Assembly (NCBI RefSeq): GCF_964204645.1
Contig: NC_134036.1
Coordinates: 4,432,600-4,496,599, forward strand
DNA: 64,000 nt
Direction: 5' to 3'
Source: Tubulanus polymorphus
Lineage: Eukaryota > Animalia > Nemertea
Numbering within the stretch: position 1 is the first letter of the stretch; every line of letters starts with the position of its first letter. Made by a program: the position numbers and the translations under genes. The notes below the pieces were generated by a model, which did no database searches, was not told the DNA's origin, and was given only the letters and a program-made list of their open reading frames with translations. Positions 51,641 through 64,000 of this stretch are shown here, piece after piece.

Positions 51641-52146
51641 AGCAGGGCGTTCACCAAGATACATTAAGTCCGAAATGTACTCTGAACGTATCGTTAAAAA
51701 ATTCCCGAGCAAAAGAGTCACGGCACAGAACAATATCCTCGGATTGAAAAAAAAATAACCACGGCGAATAAGGAACCGTGACTAGGAATAACACTTACTC
51801 GGCGACACTGGTCGCGGTGATAGGCGAGAAAACAAATTGAAAAGTCATCACGCTATCCGATATGATTACATCATGACAATCGAACTTGTCACTGACGACG
51901 GCGATAGGCGAAACAAATTACACACGCGTTTCATCGATGTACAACAGCAGTCGTGCGCGTCGTCGAAATTTACTGTAAAATATATAATGCATGGGTTTTG
52001 CAATTTATTATGCATCGCAAAAAGCCCTACGCGTCATTAATCGCCATTTTTTAATATCTTAAAATAGAGATTGTCCCGATTGAGTTTAACAAAACCCATA
52101 TACGATTTAAAAGATAAAGAACTAATTTCATTCATCGATTCAGTAC

Positions 52147-52184
52147 GCCTGATGATGATGGCTAACTGTTAGCCGAAACGTCGC
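52147..52184 (+). ncRNA. Minimal hammerhead-like motif (Penelope type)
   Basis: CTGATGA-tgat-GGCTAA-ctg-TTAGCC-GAAAC-GTC. The core boxes and stem II are intact, but stem I is only 2 bp. Confidence 0.5.
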
Positions 52185-54274
52185 TCCTAAAATATAATAA
52201 TTCTGATATTGAGTTTATCAATCTTGGCTTCGTTATCGCGGAATTTCTCTCGTTATCATCATACACGGATAGTGTGTATCTTCTTGTCTTATCATTCATC
52301 GATTATCTCTAGCCGGAGTTCGAAACGTCGAGTGTTTTGATTTTAATCATTGACAAAATAAAACTCGTTACTTAACCTTTTCAATTCTTGAGTTTCATAC
52401 TGTTGATCGTATGTTCTCCAAGCCAGAATGTACGGACCGTTCTACCAGGAATTGTCCCTTTTAGTTTATTTGGCCGATACATTTTGGTCTGATTCGTTCT
52501 GATTTGGTGTCCCTTACACAAACCGACCACATCTACCCGCAGCGAAACAGGGGGTTGGATTTTTTAAATCTGAAATCGCGAAGTGCAGATATATTTGCGC
52601 GATCGGCGGTTGAATTTACAGAATTCATTCGTTGTTTAAATCGTTTAAATAATTTTCGGTTCATTTAGATAATCTCCTAACCCAGCCTGAACTGGTAAGC
52701 GACTGCGTGATTGGGGTTAATTTTACTAGTCTTTGTAGTAATTTGCACTTTTTTTCAAGAATATTGCTAATCGTTATTCCTTCATTTACTATCCCGCTAT
52801 CGGTAACCAGATATCGTTCACGGTATATACTCGTTCTTCAGAAGGGTTACTCTCCCTCTCTCTCGCACAAGACCCCGAGGGACGTACTACGCGTATTTTT
52901 GTATATTTGAACAGAGCTTGTAACAATCGACGAACGACAAACAAACGTTCAGACGATTTCATTCGCGGCGACGCGAGCGATAGGACAGATGATCAAATAG
53001 GCCCTCGGCGCGGGGGAGGAGGCTGTGAATGAAAGACCTATACGCTAGCAGGGCAAGATCGATACGGCTACTAACAGAGGGGTGCGGCGTAGAGGGGGAA
53101 ATGATAAATCTTAACAACAAGTCTAGCGTGGTGGGTAGGATCTATCAACGTAATATCTTCATTAGAAAAAATCATTGTCCCTTTAAAGCCCGCATACGAT
53201 ACGGGGGACCATGGACACACCGAAACAGGGAATCGAACTTTGAACTCGGAAACATCGTTTCCTGAAATCATGTTTCTCGATTCTCGCTCGGAAACATGTT
53301 TCTGTATCTCGTTTCCGTGTCGTTTGTGTCGTGGTTTATCAAACGCGTTTTTTTAGTTGCCTTCGTATTAGCGTGTTGGTATAGTTCCCCCGCAAACAAC
53401 TATCGGTGATGAATGCCGTCCCCCTGAATCACCTGGGTCCAGTTCCACAGTTCCGAGTTAACACATTGAAAATGAACTTACTTGAACTGAATTTTAACTC
53501 TAACTCGCAACTGTGGAACTGGGTCCTGGAGCCGACTATCAAGGGACCCTTTTGAATGTATTTTCGAATCCAGTACTATGAAAACATCGTATCGCCGATA
53601 TCGCGTTTGTAATTAGAAAATCGTGACGAAAAAAAAACCCAGTTATATACGAATCAGTACAAGAACCGATATTCACCGGGGTTATTAATGCACAACTGCG
53701 CACAAGGTCTTCCTATAAGGTCGATATCTCAATTTCGTCGGACTTGTCTTTTGCCTACGCGGGCAAATCTATCGCTAACCCATTAGCAATCGAGAGAGAG
53801 AAAGATAGAGAGTGAGAGTGAGAGTGGGTTCGGGGTCATAATATGTCTCGCGTCTGACGGCGTCGATAATCGAATCGACACATATATCGAACGACGGAAA
53901 AAATTACATAGCGACACCGCGGGAAAGGTGTTCGCGGACCTGATGTCCATTTAGCGCCGCCGACGACGAAGTCATTATAACGTCCGTCACGCCGACATGT
54001 TCGCTGGAAAATGGGGAATAAATGTGCCGCGGTCATCGGTCGATCGTTCCGTCGGTGTCTGATGGCAGCGGCCCCGATTAACGGCGATCTCGACCGAACG
54101 ATGGGTCAAATGCTAACAAGGTACCGCGAATGCTAAAAAGATTCCGCGCGCGTGGATAAATGCAAATGTACGAAGGTCACTCGAGCTCTCCAGTGGCTCG
54201 AGGCTGTTGAAAAAAAACAAAGCATATCGTGAAAATCTATCAATTATGACTAAGGAATTGATGTAAAGATACAA

Positions 54275-54592
54275 TGTTTAAATACTGCGGTAGAGGGGTC
54301 AGTTACTGAAAGGTTGTTTAATGTAGACCAGTGTTTAAATACCGCGGTACAGGGGTCAGTTACTGAAAGGTTGTTTTATGTAAACCAGTGTTTAGATACC
54401 GCGGTACAGGGGTGAGTTACTGAAAGGTTGTTTAATGTAAACCAGTGTTTAAATATCGCGGTACAGGGGTCAGTTACTGAAAGGTTGTTTAATGCAAACC
54501 AGTGTTTAAATACCGCGGTACAGGGGACAGATACTGAAAGGCTGTTTAATATAAACCAGTATAAAAAAGCGCGGTACAGGGGTCAGTTACCA
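54275..54592 (+). repeat. 57-bp tandem minisatellite, ~5.5 units (array 3 of 3)
   Basis: Same unit as 6826-7600. Confidence 0.95.
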
Positions 54593-56514
54593 AATGACCA
54601 GCTCTTGTTTCACATCCGCGAGTGTATGAGCTCGGCGGAGGTAAAAGAGGTAACAATCATCGAACGCCGGTGATAAGCTTCGACGGGCATTAACCCGCGC
54701 GTCGCACCGGCCGATCGACCGGCGCGGCGATCGATCGCGCGCCGAGAGACGTCGAGAGCAGAGGCCGAGAAAATCCGGTGCAAATCTCGTCGTGTTTCGC
54801 GTAGAGATTTGTCGATTCAATTTGTTTACACGACGGATCAATGCCATCAGGGATAAAACCGACATAGTGCGCGCCGTCTCGGTAATGCATTATAGATGAC
54901 GTTCGCGCTGAACGTCTTAAAAGTGGTCGCTGGTGATTGAAAAGATGAAGTGCATTTATAGTGCCTGGTACGGAGATATACTACAGCTGTGAGGAGAGGG
55001 GGTTCACGAAGAACCTATTGTGTCTGTTCTACTCGTTGCTCTCCCGCTACAGCTGCGAGTACAACAATCATTATTTCTTATTTTTTTCCGACAAAAAAAA
55101 AACACCTCATTGACGACGAATCCGTATTTCCAGACACTGCACATGTCTGCAGACACGCGAATCTGCCGATTTCAAATCCGAATAAAAAATGTCGCAGCCA
55201 CGTACGGAATCGAGAATAGTACGATGCTCGTACAGCTAGCAATAGACACCTTCTATACCCGAGACCGACGACGACCGTTCGTCGATAAACACAGCAGAAA
55301 AAATTGTGTTTTTGCTTTCGATTCGAAGAACATCATGTGCTATCGTTCCCAAGCCCGCAGCGGCGGCAGCGACGTCAGCGACGGCAGCGGCAGCGGTGAC
55401 GGTATAGTAGTTCTCGACCGGTTCGGTGCCGAAAGCGACTGAATCTCAGACGACATCGATCGAAACCGTTCGCTATTTATTCATCTAAGCCTTTAACACG
55501 AAATCGTATAGACGGACCCGATGACGCGCGACGATTCGACCGTTAAAAACCACGTATCATAACGGAAAATCTGTTTCTAATTTTGATAAAACGATATCCT
55601 CGCATCGTTTAGGTGTTAAAGTTAATGACAGGCAAATGTTTGTCATCTGGTTTCATTCCATTCGTTTTTCATAGCGATCTATGCTTTTTATAAATACATA
55701 AATGACATAATCGATTACCTAAATCGCGCCAAGCAACAAAGGTGGACAAACACGTCACTCTATCAAGTTCAATTTTCAATGGATAACAAACTGATTTTCG
55801 CTACGAAAAACTCAAGGTTGTCTCAAGCGCTGAAATTAGTCTAGGCAAAAAAAAAACATGAATTCGTGCGCAAGACCTCTTTACACCGCCGTTAAATAGG
55901 TTTCGACGACAAAACACCAACCAGCTCCGGCGAGGTGAGCGGCGAGAGAGATGAAAGTAATTTCTGAAAAAAAATTACTTAAACCACTCGGGGACTCGAA
56001 TTCACTAGTTCTCTGATGCGACACCTACAACGCTACCGAGGGAAGCGAGGATTCAGCGATAATCCGCCAGGATCGCTAGTGGTTAATGGGTTACCGGGCT
56101 TCAATTACTTCCACATTTCAATGAAATTCGAATAAACTTTTCCGATTAGTAGATCGATTTACAGTGAAATCAATACCGTACACTGAATAAGAAAATCTCA
56201 TATTCGATTACTCGTTTACTAATTTTCGGATTTGGAAAACTAAAATCAAGTTCAAATCGCATTGAAAATGAGTTAAATATTCATCTAAACGACCCAGTGT
56301 TTTGTAGCGCCTTCTGGTCAGTGCCGGTAATCCATTAGATTCTCGAGTTCGATCAATTCATTCCGGCTTTTAATTCTAACCCAACGAGGCCGCGAAGATC
56401 GCGGACACGTTTTTGCGCCTTCGGAATCGTTGATTTCGTCGTTCGTTTCGTGGTATCACGCGTGAAATAAACAAACGACACAAAATTCGACGCGACGAAT
56501 ATTACTTAATATGT

Positions 56515-56715
56515 TGTACTTGTTCATTTGAAACACGTGCTTTCGCTACTTACGTACGGTAGCTTCATCGTGTAAATGACGAAGCTACCAAACATCAGTA
56601 ACTAATGTATAGTAGCTTAAACGGTTGAATGATAAAGCTACTGTTCATTGGTAGCGAAAGCTCGTGCGACAAATAAACTAGTTAACCTATAATATAAAGT
56701 ACTACTCGTTTCGTC
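56515..56715. mobile_element. MITE-like element related to 4880-5045
   Basis: cacgtgctttcgctac ... gtagcgaaagctcgtgcgacaaataaactagttaacctata. Confidence 0.7.
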
Positions 56716-57039
56716 GTTTTTCTTCTACACCCGGTTAACGCCTGGCTCCTCCACGAAACGAGACAAAGAAATCGACTCGGTGTCAGCTTCTATCCGTGAA
56801 AACATATAAAAACCCCGGCGCCGATGGATAACGTCTATACATCGCCGGTCGTGGTAAATACGTTATATTCAAGTTGCGAGAAGGGCAAAATGATTATCAT
56901 GTCGCGGGTTTATGATACTGCTAATATTAAATCAGTGTTGTGCGTATGTCCGTGTGACGCGGCCTGCTGTCAGGTTTCGTTACGGTTCGTCGTGGCATGA
57001 TGGTTTAGCCGCCGAAGAGAAGCGGCTTGAAAGCCGGGA

Positions 57040-57320
57040 CTGAGAAGGAGGGCCCCATAGGGGGAGGGGCAGCCAGAAGGAAATGGAGAAATACAAAGGG
57101 AGGGGGCAGGGAAAGCTAGAGGGAGAGCAAGATAGAAAGGGAGAGGGGAATGGAGAGAGGAGGGAGGGAGGCAGAGGGGGAGCAGAGGAAAACCAGAGGT
57201 GCAGCCAGAGATGAAGCCAGAGGGAGTGGGAGGCAAAGGGAGCGGAAAACGGCTGGGGAGAGGGGAGCCAAATAGAGAGAGGGAAAGAGGCAGGTGCTGA
57301 GGGGGCGGGAGTGAGAGATC
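57040..57320 (+). repeat. GA-rich low-complexity tract
   Basis: Purine-biased; it is the source of the Pro/Leu/Ser ORFs on the minus strand. Confidence 0.85.
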
Positions 57321-58182
57321 GAGACATCGAGCCATTTTCGGAAAACCCAAAAGACGGTGGAAAACAATCAAGGTGTCGAAATTCGATCGTCGCCAAAACG
57401 ATATCTAATCATCCCGGAATTGATCGAATTAGTTTCTACTTCGTTTTTACTTCTCCGATACCGTATAAGCGATCCAAATATCTCCCTAATCAATACCCGC
57501 TCCATCTGTCGGCGACAATTGAAACTAGTCACACTCTCTGCCTCCCTCTCTCTCCTCGAATGCTGTCGGATCAACGGTAATTAGTTTTTACGAGAATTTT
57601 ATCTAGCGTCGACAATAAATACGCGGAACGGGGGGCAATTCAGTTAATCGACGATCGGTCGCGGGTTTTATCGGCGCGGCGGATACTACCGCAACCACAA
57701 CCACAACCATCACCGCCGACTTCTTTCACGAGCGCGGAGCCGCATTAGTATTTGCGGCGTATAGTATACACAGACATCGCTCGCATAGATTCGCGAGTAG
57801 CGATAGCGGCCACCGTTCGTATTTATATTTATAGGCCCCGTATTTACGACGAGGGTCGAGCTAATTTACGGCCGGCGTCTGCGTTCGTAGCCCGTGGGAA
57901 CTAAGAAATCACCATCTTATAGAATCCGCTCGAGTGGTGCGAGTGAATGGCGTGATCAGCCAGTGTAACCAAAGAGCGTAAAAGGCATAAATCTATAAAC
58001 AGGTCTGCCAACCTTCTGCTATCGCCAACAGATTGAATTTTTTCGATAACATTTCATTGTAATGCGAAAGGAAATGTTCTTTAGATTAACGAGTCATCAT
58101 CAGTGAGAAGTCATCATCTATCAAACATATAGACTGTTATCGTTGTATATTCCATTTTAACGCCGAGATGTCGTGATTCAAA

Positions 58183-58535
58183 GCGAGCCATCGCTGTCAA
58201 CGTTACAGCAACGACATGACATTGTAATCGAGGTTAATGCCATAGGATCAAAGTCACTTCTTTGGCGAGCCATTGCATTCAATGTTACTGCAAAGACATG
58301 GCAACGTTATCGAGGTTAACACTATAGGATCAATGTTACTTCTTTGGCGAGCCATTGCTGTCAATGTCACAGCAACGACATGACATTGTAATCGAGGTAA
58401 ATGCCATAGGATCAATGTCACTTCTTTGGGCGAGCCATTGCTGTCAATGTCACAGCAATGACATGACATTGCAACCGAGCTTAATGCCATAGGATCAATG
58501 TTAATTCTATGGCGAGCCATTGCAGTCGATGTTAC
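58183..58535 (+). repeat. 82-bp tandem repeat, ~4.3 units
   Basis: gcgagcca at 58183, 58265, 58347, 58430 and 58512. Confidence 0.92.
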
Positions 58536-60503
58536 AACTTCGGGGCTGGTGGAAGAAATTGTTCGCGAAAAACCGAGGTAACTATACTGGCGCGCCTGGT
58601 AGATCCTCGCTCACCGTAAGTGGAATCATCGATTGTCACAGTGTAGCGTTGGATGTTCCCAATTTGTGGCGGACGCTGTGTACCGAATGCCTCGCTAAAC
58701 AGACGGTGCTTACGCTAATTACTAAAACACCCTTCATTACGTCCGTACATGTCCCGAGCGCAATTTCCTTGCCGACGGTTCGTGTACTGTGTGTGCGCGC
58801 GTGTAATGGTACGGGCAATTTGTCGGCGAACAGTTTATTGCTCGTAATAGACCACCTCGTTATTATACACCGTACCGGTAGTCGAATAGATTCCCGGTTT
58901 GCTTTAGTACGCGTCGAAACCGAACCGACGATTTGGATATTCGAGTAGAGCGCCTCGGATTCGAGAGGGCCCCGATTCAGGAAACGATGTTCGATGCATA
59001 TATCATACGGTGGTACCACGCGTCACAGCGACCTCCTGGGGTGCTGCATTTACACCCGATAGATATACAGGCGAACTATAAGAGACACCGCAAAATGGGG
59101 TCCAGAATGAGACCGATAGTAACCAGTTGCGACTTAATTACATTCGCCGGACTTGTATAGGTTGTACGTTCCTGACTTAAGTGCAAAGGTGGTCTCAAAA
59201 ATTAGAAAAATCAAATCTCAAATATTTGGTCTCAAATATTCGCCGGACTGTGTCTGGTGTAGATTAACTTAAGTGCAAAATGGGCCTTGAATATCAGAAC
59301 GATCATCAGTTGTTAGATTTGCTATAGAGCTATACGGTCTAAGAATCAAAAGCCATAAGCAAGCAACTTATACCGGAGGCAAAGTGATAAATCGTAACAT
59401 TGGTCATCGCCACCTACGCCATCTAAGATTGGTCTTCGTAAACCTACGCCACGCAACTGCTGCCCAAAATATCAGGATATATTATTCTATATTTATCGAT
59501 ATATTATGACTAAACTCCGCAAGCAGTAACCCTACGGGATCGGAACATATGCTAGTTTTATATACAACCAATAGTACTCGATACGTGGTGTAAAATCAGG
59601 CCGTTTTCGCGACAACTTTCGCGACAACTTCAACCGGCTGGTGATACGCCAACTGGCGCTCTACAGATCGAAGGAACGAACGAAAAAACGAAACAACATC
59701 GAAAAGAAGCGAGCGAGTGGCTTTTTTTCATATCGAACGACCATCGTCGTACGCGGGTCGTTAGTTGGGCTGGTAATCGGACAACATTAACCTCTCTACC
59801 CGTCTAGACGCGCGGGATAGTCCCGCCGGGGGTGACGTGTTCACGGGCGCGTCAGACGCCTAATTAACCGCTAAAAAAAAACGACGGCGGCGGTGGCGGA
59901 GATTATCGTTATTACGAAACACGGATTAGTTTCATGCGCGGGAAAAAACCTAGGTTATCGAATAGAAAGAAATGTCTCCTAGTTAACGATATAAAAATGT
60001 ACAATCAGATATGTTTCCTCGACCACCACGACTGTGTGCAATCGGCCATATTGTATAAGTCTAAAGGCTATACTTAACCACAGTACCGTGCTGTTAGACA
60101 GAGCCATTTTAAAGTCTAACTATTCATGTACATTATGAAAAAATATAAGACAGAAAGTCAGCGTATTACCCCCTATACAAACCTCGCGACGCACCGGGGG
60201 TGACCATTACGGGAATAATTCGGGAGATCAGTGTTGACACGATTCTTCTTTTTTTACAAGAATATTCGTCATCGGTCGCGTATGTATAATATTGCACAAC
60301 GAGCCAGAAGTCTGATGCAGCAGCAGCCGTAGTAGCAGCAGCAGCAGCGGCAGCAGCGGCGGCGAGTGCGACGATACCGTCTCCGGGGATCGCGACCGCG
60401 TATAGCAAAAATAATCGCCAATATGTCAGACGGTATTGGCACGAAATTACACACTAGACGGCTTATCGGGGATGAATATCTATCTCGCGCCGACCAGCCG
60501 CAC

Positions 60504-60837
<334 letters not shown>

Positions 60838-62924
60838 GCCGATGCCTCGGCGATCAAGAGTTGTGTTGCTGTTGTTGTTATTATTTTGTTATCGCGGCGA
60901 GGCGATGGTCAATTCCGCCGCCGCCGCCAACAACATTGTGATTATTCTCGAAGCGTATATGAAATATGCATTCGGCATTATTAGGCAGTGGATAAATAAA
61001 TAACCTTCAGAGAAAGAGTGAGAGATGTGATAGAGGGAAGGGAGGGAGAGGAGGACCGAACGACGTACGTAGAGTCACTGCAACAAAGACCCCGAAGAGA
61101 TGTTTAATTACCCGAACACACTCTGACGTGGAGAACAGATGTTAAGTTTTGAATCCACTATATACAGAATTTAAGAATTTTATTTAACAATAGTAAAAAT
61201 CTAAATTTAAAAGTTTTACCACCACGCCTAGCGATTGTCCTTAAATGGAGAGAGCCAGGGGGGTCGCGTCTTAATATGAGTTTTTCCTTGATAAAATGAA
61301 CCTTCAACGTATTCCCCTTCAGGGGAAAAGTAATTGCGGATTACAAACTCTCAAAATCTCATTATAGTCAGGTTTATTCCGGAATAAGCAGATAGCGTAT
61401 TGTGAACGAAACGAACGCAACGCCGGAATCGGTCGAGAATTCCGGAATCGGTCGAGACCACAACGAAACCTATCAAACTCTCAACGGCCAGTTCTATCAG
61501 GTTTACAGATTAAGCTATTCCGGATTAGGTATACAGAGCCTTCTGCGGTTGGTATACACGCTCCACTAGGCAATTACGGAATCTGTAGAGTCCATAACGA
61601 AACCTGTCGTGGGTTTCAGCATTCGGCGATTTTTTTCTTTTTTTTTTACGACGAATTCCGCCATCGTCGACGCTCGCTGACGTTCGCGCGGTTCGACATA
61701 TCCCGACACAAATAGACTTAAGCTATATTCGCGTGGCTGGTAAAAAAATCAGGCCGTCTTCATTCGAACCGCGTGCGGCGGTGCAGGGCGGCGAGTACGG
61801 CGGTGTGTACGACCGCGATCGATCGAATTTAATTTAAACGCGTTTTCGTTCGTCTGTGCCGGGTGACTGGACGGCGCGAGAGAACAGCAGCGACGAGATT
61901 ACTACCACGACCGTGGCGGTGGAAACAGAGTTCGATTCCTCGGTATTAACCCTTCGACCTCCCGTTCGTATATGACCGGTATAGGTGTCGCCGAATGAAG
62001 CGCGTATATTTCTGCATCTACGGTGGTTAATTAGATTAAAGGTTCTATTAAATAAAGAAAATTGCCTTGCTATTGTCAGATTGAGTCAGGTGGAACTTGA
62101 ATTTAGCTCACATGCTTAAGCCACATGATGTTATTCTAGAAATTTTGTTAATGTCTATTCATCGAAAATGGATTTCATTTATTTTCGATTTTTTCTTTTA
62201 AATACATTTAATTGGACTTGGAGGGAAAATGTATGTTTTTGGAGGGCACGTAACTGGAGGGATAATGATTGAGGGATTTTGTGTGGAGGGAAAATGGCCG
62301 GAGGGAAAATGACAGTGAATCTTACTTATTCCCCTGACTATTCCCCCTAGATCTGCCAAAAATCTAATCAATTAACTACAGTCAAACATAATAAAACGGA
62401 CTGAAACTATGCAATTTAACAGAAGATCTAGAAATCCCAACGAACTTCCCAGTCATTACCTCGATTTTGAAACTTGTTTTGTCAACATTCCCTGACTATT
62501 TACAAAAAAGAAAATTTCCTGACTTCATCTGATTTTCAGGTAAGTGCGGCCACCCTGAAGAACTGACGCACTGATTGGAAGTGTTTACCGTTGTCACCCG
62601 GCCGCACTTAACCGAAAAACACCGGCAGCCTATTTTTTAATTACATGGAAAAATTGTTCGAAATTTGTCTCCACGGCAACCGAGACGTCGCGTATTTAAT
62701 TGAATTATTCGCGCTCGGTGAACTCGGGTTTTTTTTTTAGCGCGTGAGATGATGTCGGCGGCGTGGAGAAGAGCGTTTTGTTTTGTTGGGCGGTGTGACG
62801 GCGTGATCGGTGTCGGCAGAACCGGCGGGTTGGAGGTGCATGATGGAGATGGCATTGCCGGCGATGTAGATCTCTGAATGCACGCTGCAACACTTATTTC
62901 ATATATTTGTAATTCATTTTGATT

Positions 62925-63200
62925 AAGAATGTCTCAAGTAAAGCGCTGAACACATGTGAAGTATGGACGATCGGTTTTTGAAAGTATGCTGATAAAATGT
63001 CTAATGTCTGGTGTTTGTAGTTCATTTTCAATTGAAAATGTCTCAGGTGAAGCACTGACCGCATGGGAAGTGTTGACGATCAGTTTTTGAAAGTGAGCTG
63101 GTGAAATGTCAAATGTCTGGTGTTTGTAGTGCATTTCAAATTGAAAACGTCTCGGACGAAGCACTGAACACAAGTGACGTTTGGACGATCAGTCGTTGAA
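62925..63200 (+). repeat. ~110-bp tandem repeat, ~2.5 units
   Basis: aatgtctggtgtttgtagt...caggtgaagcactga recurs. Confidence 0.8.
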
Positions 63201-63794
63201 CGAATGCAGATAAAACATGAAGTAGGGACTACAGCGCTCTGATAAACAGGTATTATACACTGGTTCGGTCTGTGCCTGAATCTGTTCAGGCCCGTGTTCG
63301 GTGAATAAGATCTCCCATCAAAACACACCCACACTTATCGAATTACGCGCGCGTGTGTATTCGAAATCACAAACGCGCCGAGCGACCGAATACTAACAGA
63401 CGTCGCCGTCATAACGACACCCGCGGGACTCACTCGCATCAATTAGGGGCTTCGTCGATTACAGCTTCGAAAATCATCGCGCATTTGAATTCTGCTTATC
63501 GACGCGCGTTTACGAATAACGAAATAGACGCCGAATATTCGCCGGCGAATGTCGTGGATCAAGCTGAGAGTCGAACTACGCGCGCACTCGGCCGGGATCG
63601 AAGCCGCGTCTATAAGAACGTATATTAGAAAGCAAGGCGATTAACAATGGAACAATACATCTAGTTCGGTAATTTTGACAAGTGGTTATACAGCTTGTCC
63701 TATACGGGTAACACGATCCGAGAACGTTCTCATTCTAACTACTAAACTTGTAGACCATAAAGACAAAAATATGGCTGACATTAGTTCAATAAAG

Positions 63795-63803
63795 AAAAAA
63801 AAA
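63795..63803 (-). terminator. RNA polymerase III oligo-T terminator of tRNA-Gly
   Basis: A run of 9 T on the minus strand, about 12 nt downstream of the tRNA 3' end. Confidence 0.75.
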
Positions 63804-63814
63804 TAATAAATTCG

Positions 63815-63886
63815 TGCGTTCGCCGGGAATCGAACCCGGATCCATTGCTTGGAAGGCAACGATGCTAACCTTTACACCACGAACGC
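63815..63886 (-). tRNA. tRNA-Gly (anticodon TCC)
   Basis: The reverse complement is GCGTTCG TG GTGT AAAGGTTA GCAT C GTTGC CTTCCAA GCAAT GGAT CCGGG TTCGATT CCCGG CGAACGC A. This is a complete 72-nt cloverleaf with A and B boxes and no encoded CCA. Confidence 0.96.
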
Positions 63887-64000
63887 CGCTTGTCTCGGCT
63901 CCGAATAGATAGGTCAAAACTAACAGACCGCGCGTACAATACGTGAAGCCTAGTATATCTATGTCTTCCGAGTAAAACTGATAGAAGTTGATGAAATATA

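Noticed and set aside
58636-59019. KLFAD segment as the missing upstream CELF exon
   Set aside because: It does not continue as KLF(V/I)GQIP, and it has no matching splice sites.
62530-62546. TTTTCAG|GTAAGT recursive-splice-like site
   Set aside because: It is on the plus strand, antisense to CELF, and lies within a probable transposon end (ggccaccctg). I saw no convincing minus-strand equivalent in the large intron.

Overview
This is eukaryotic (metazoan, probably invertebrate) genomic DNA, almost entirely non-coding. It lies inside a large minus-strand gene for a CELF3-6/Bruno-3 (CELF4-like) RNA-binding protein. Two small coding exons are recognisable: 49038-49120 (G|[27 protein letters not shown]) and 5350-5398 (MNRPIQVKPADSESRA). 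They have canonical splice sites and are joined by a 43,639-nt phase-0 intron. I found neither the upstream nor the downstream exon in the window. An intact tRNA-Gly(TCC) gene lies at 63815-63886 (-). The rest is a mosaic of CpG-rich unique blocks and AT-rich blocks. The AT-rich blocks contain MITEs, dispersed minisatellite families (39, 51, 57, 60, 66, 82, ~91 and ~110 bp units), microsatellites, purine tracts and Penelope-type minimal hammerhead-ribozyme remnants. The most notable observations are: concentric inverted repeat pairs across the giant intron; several hammerhead-like motifs, mostly antisense to the gene, including a 72-bp palindrome; about eight RFX X-box-like sites; and strand-biased pyrimidine tracts. 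Apart from the two exons, the supplied ORFs look like noise. Repeat boundaries were read by eye and are approximate.
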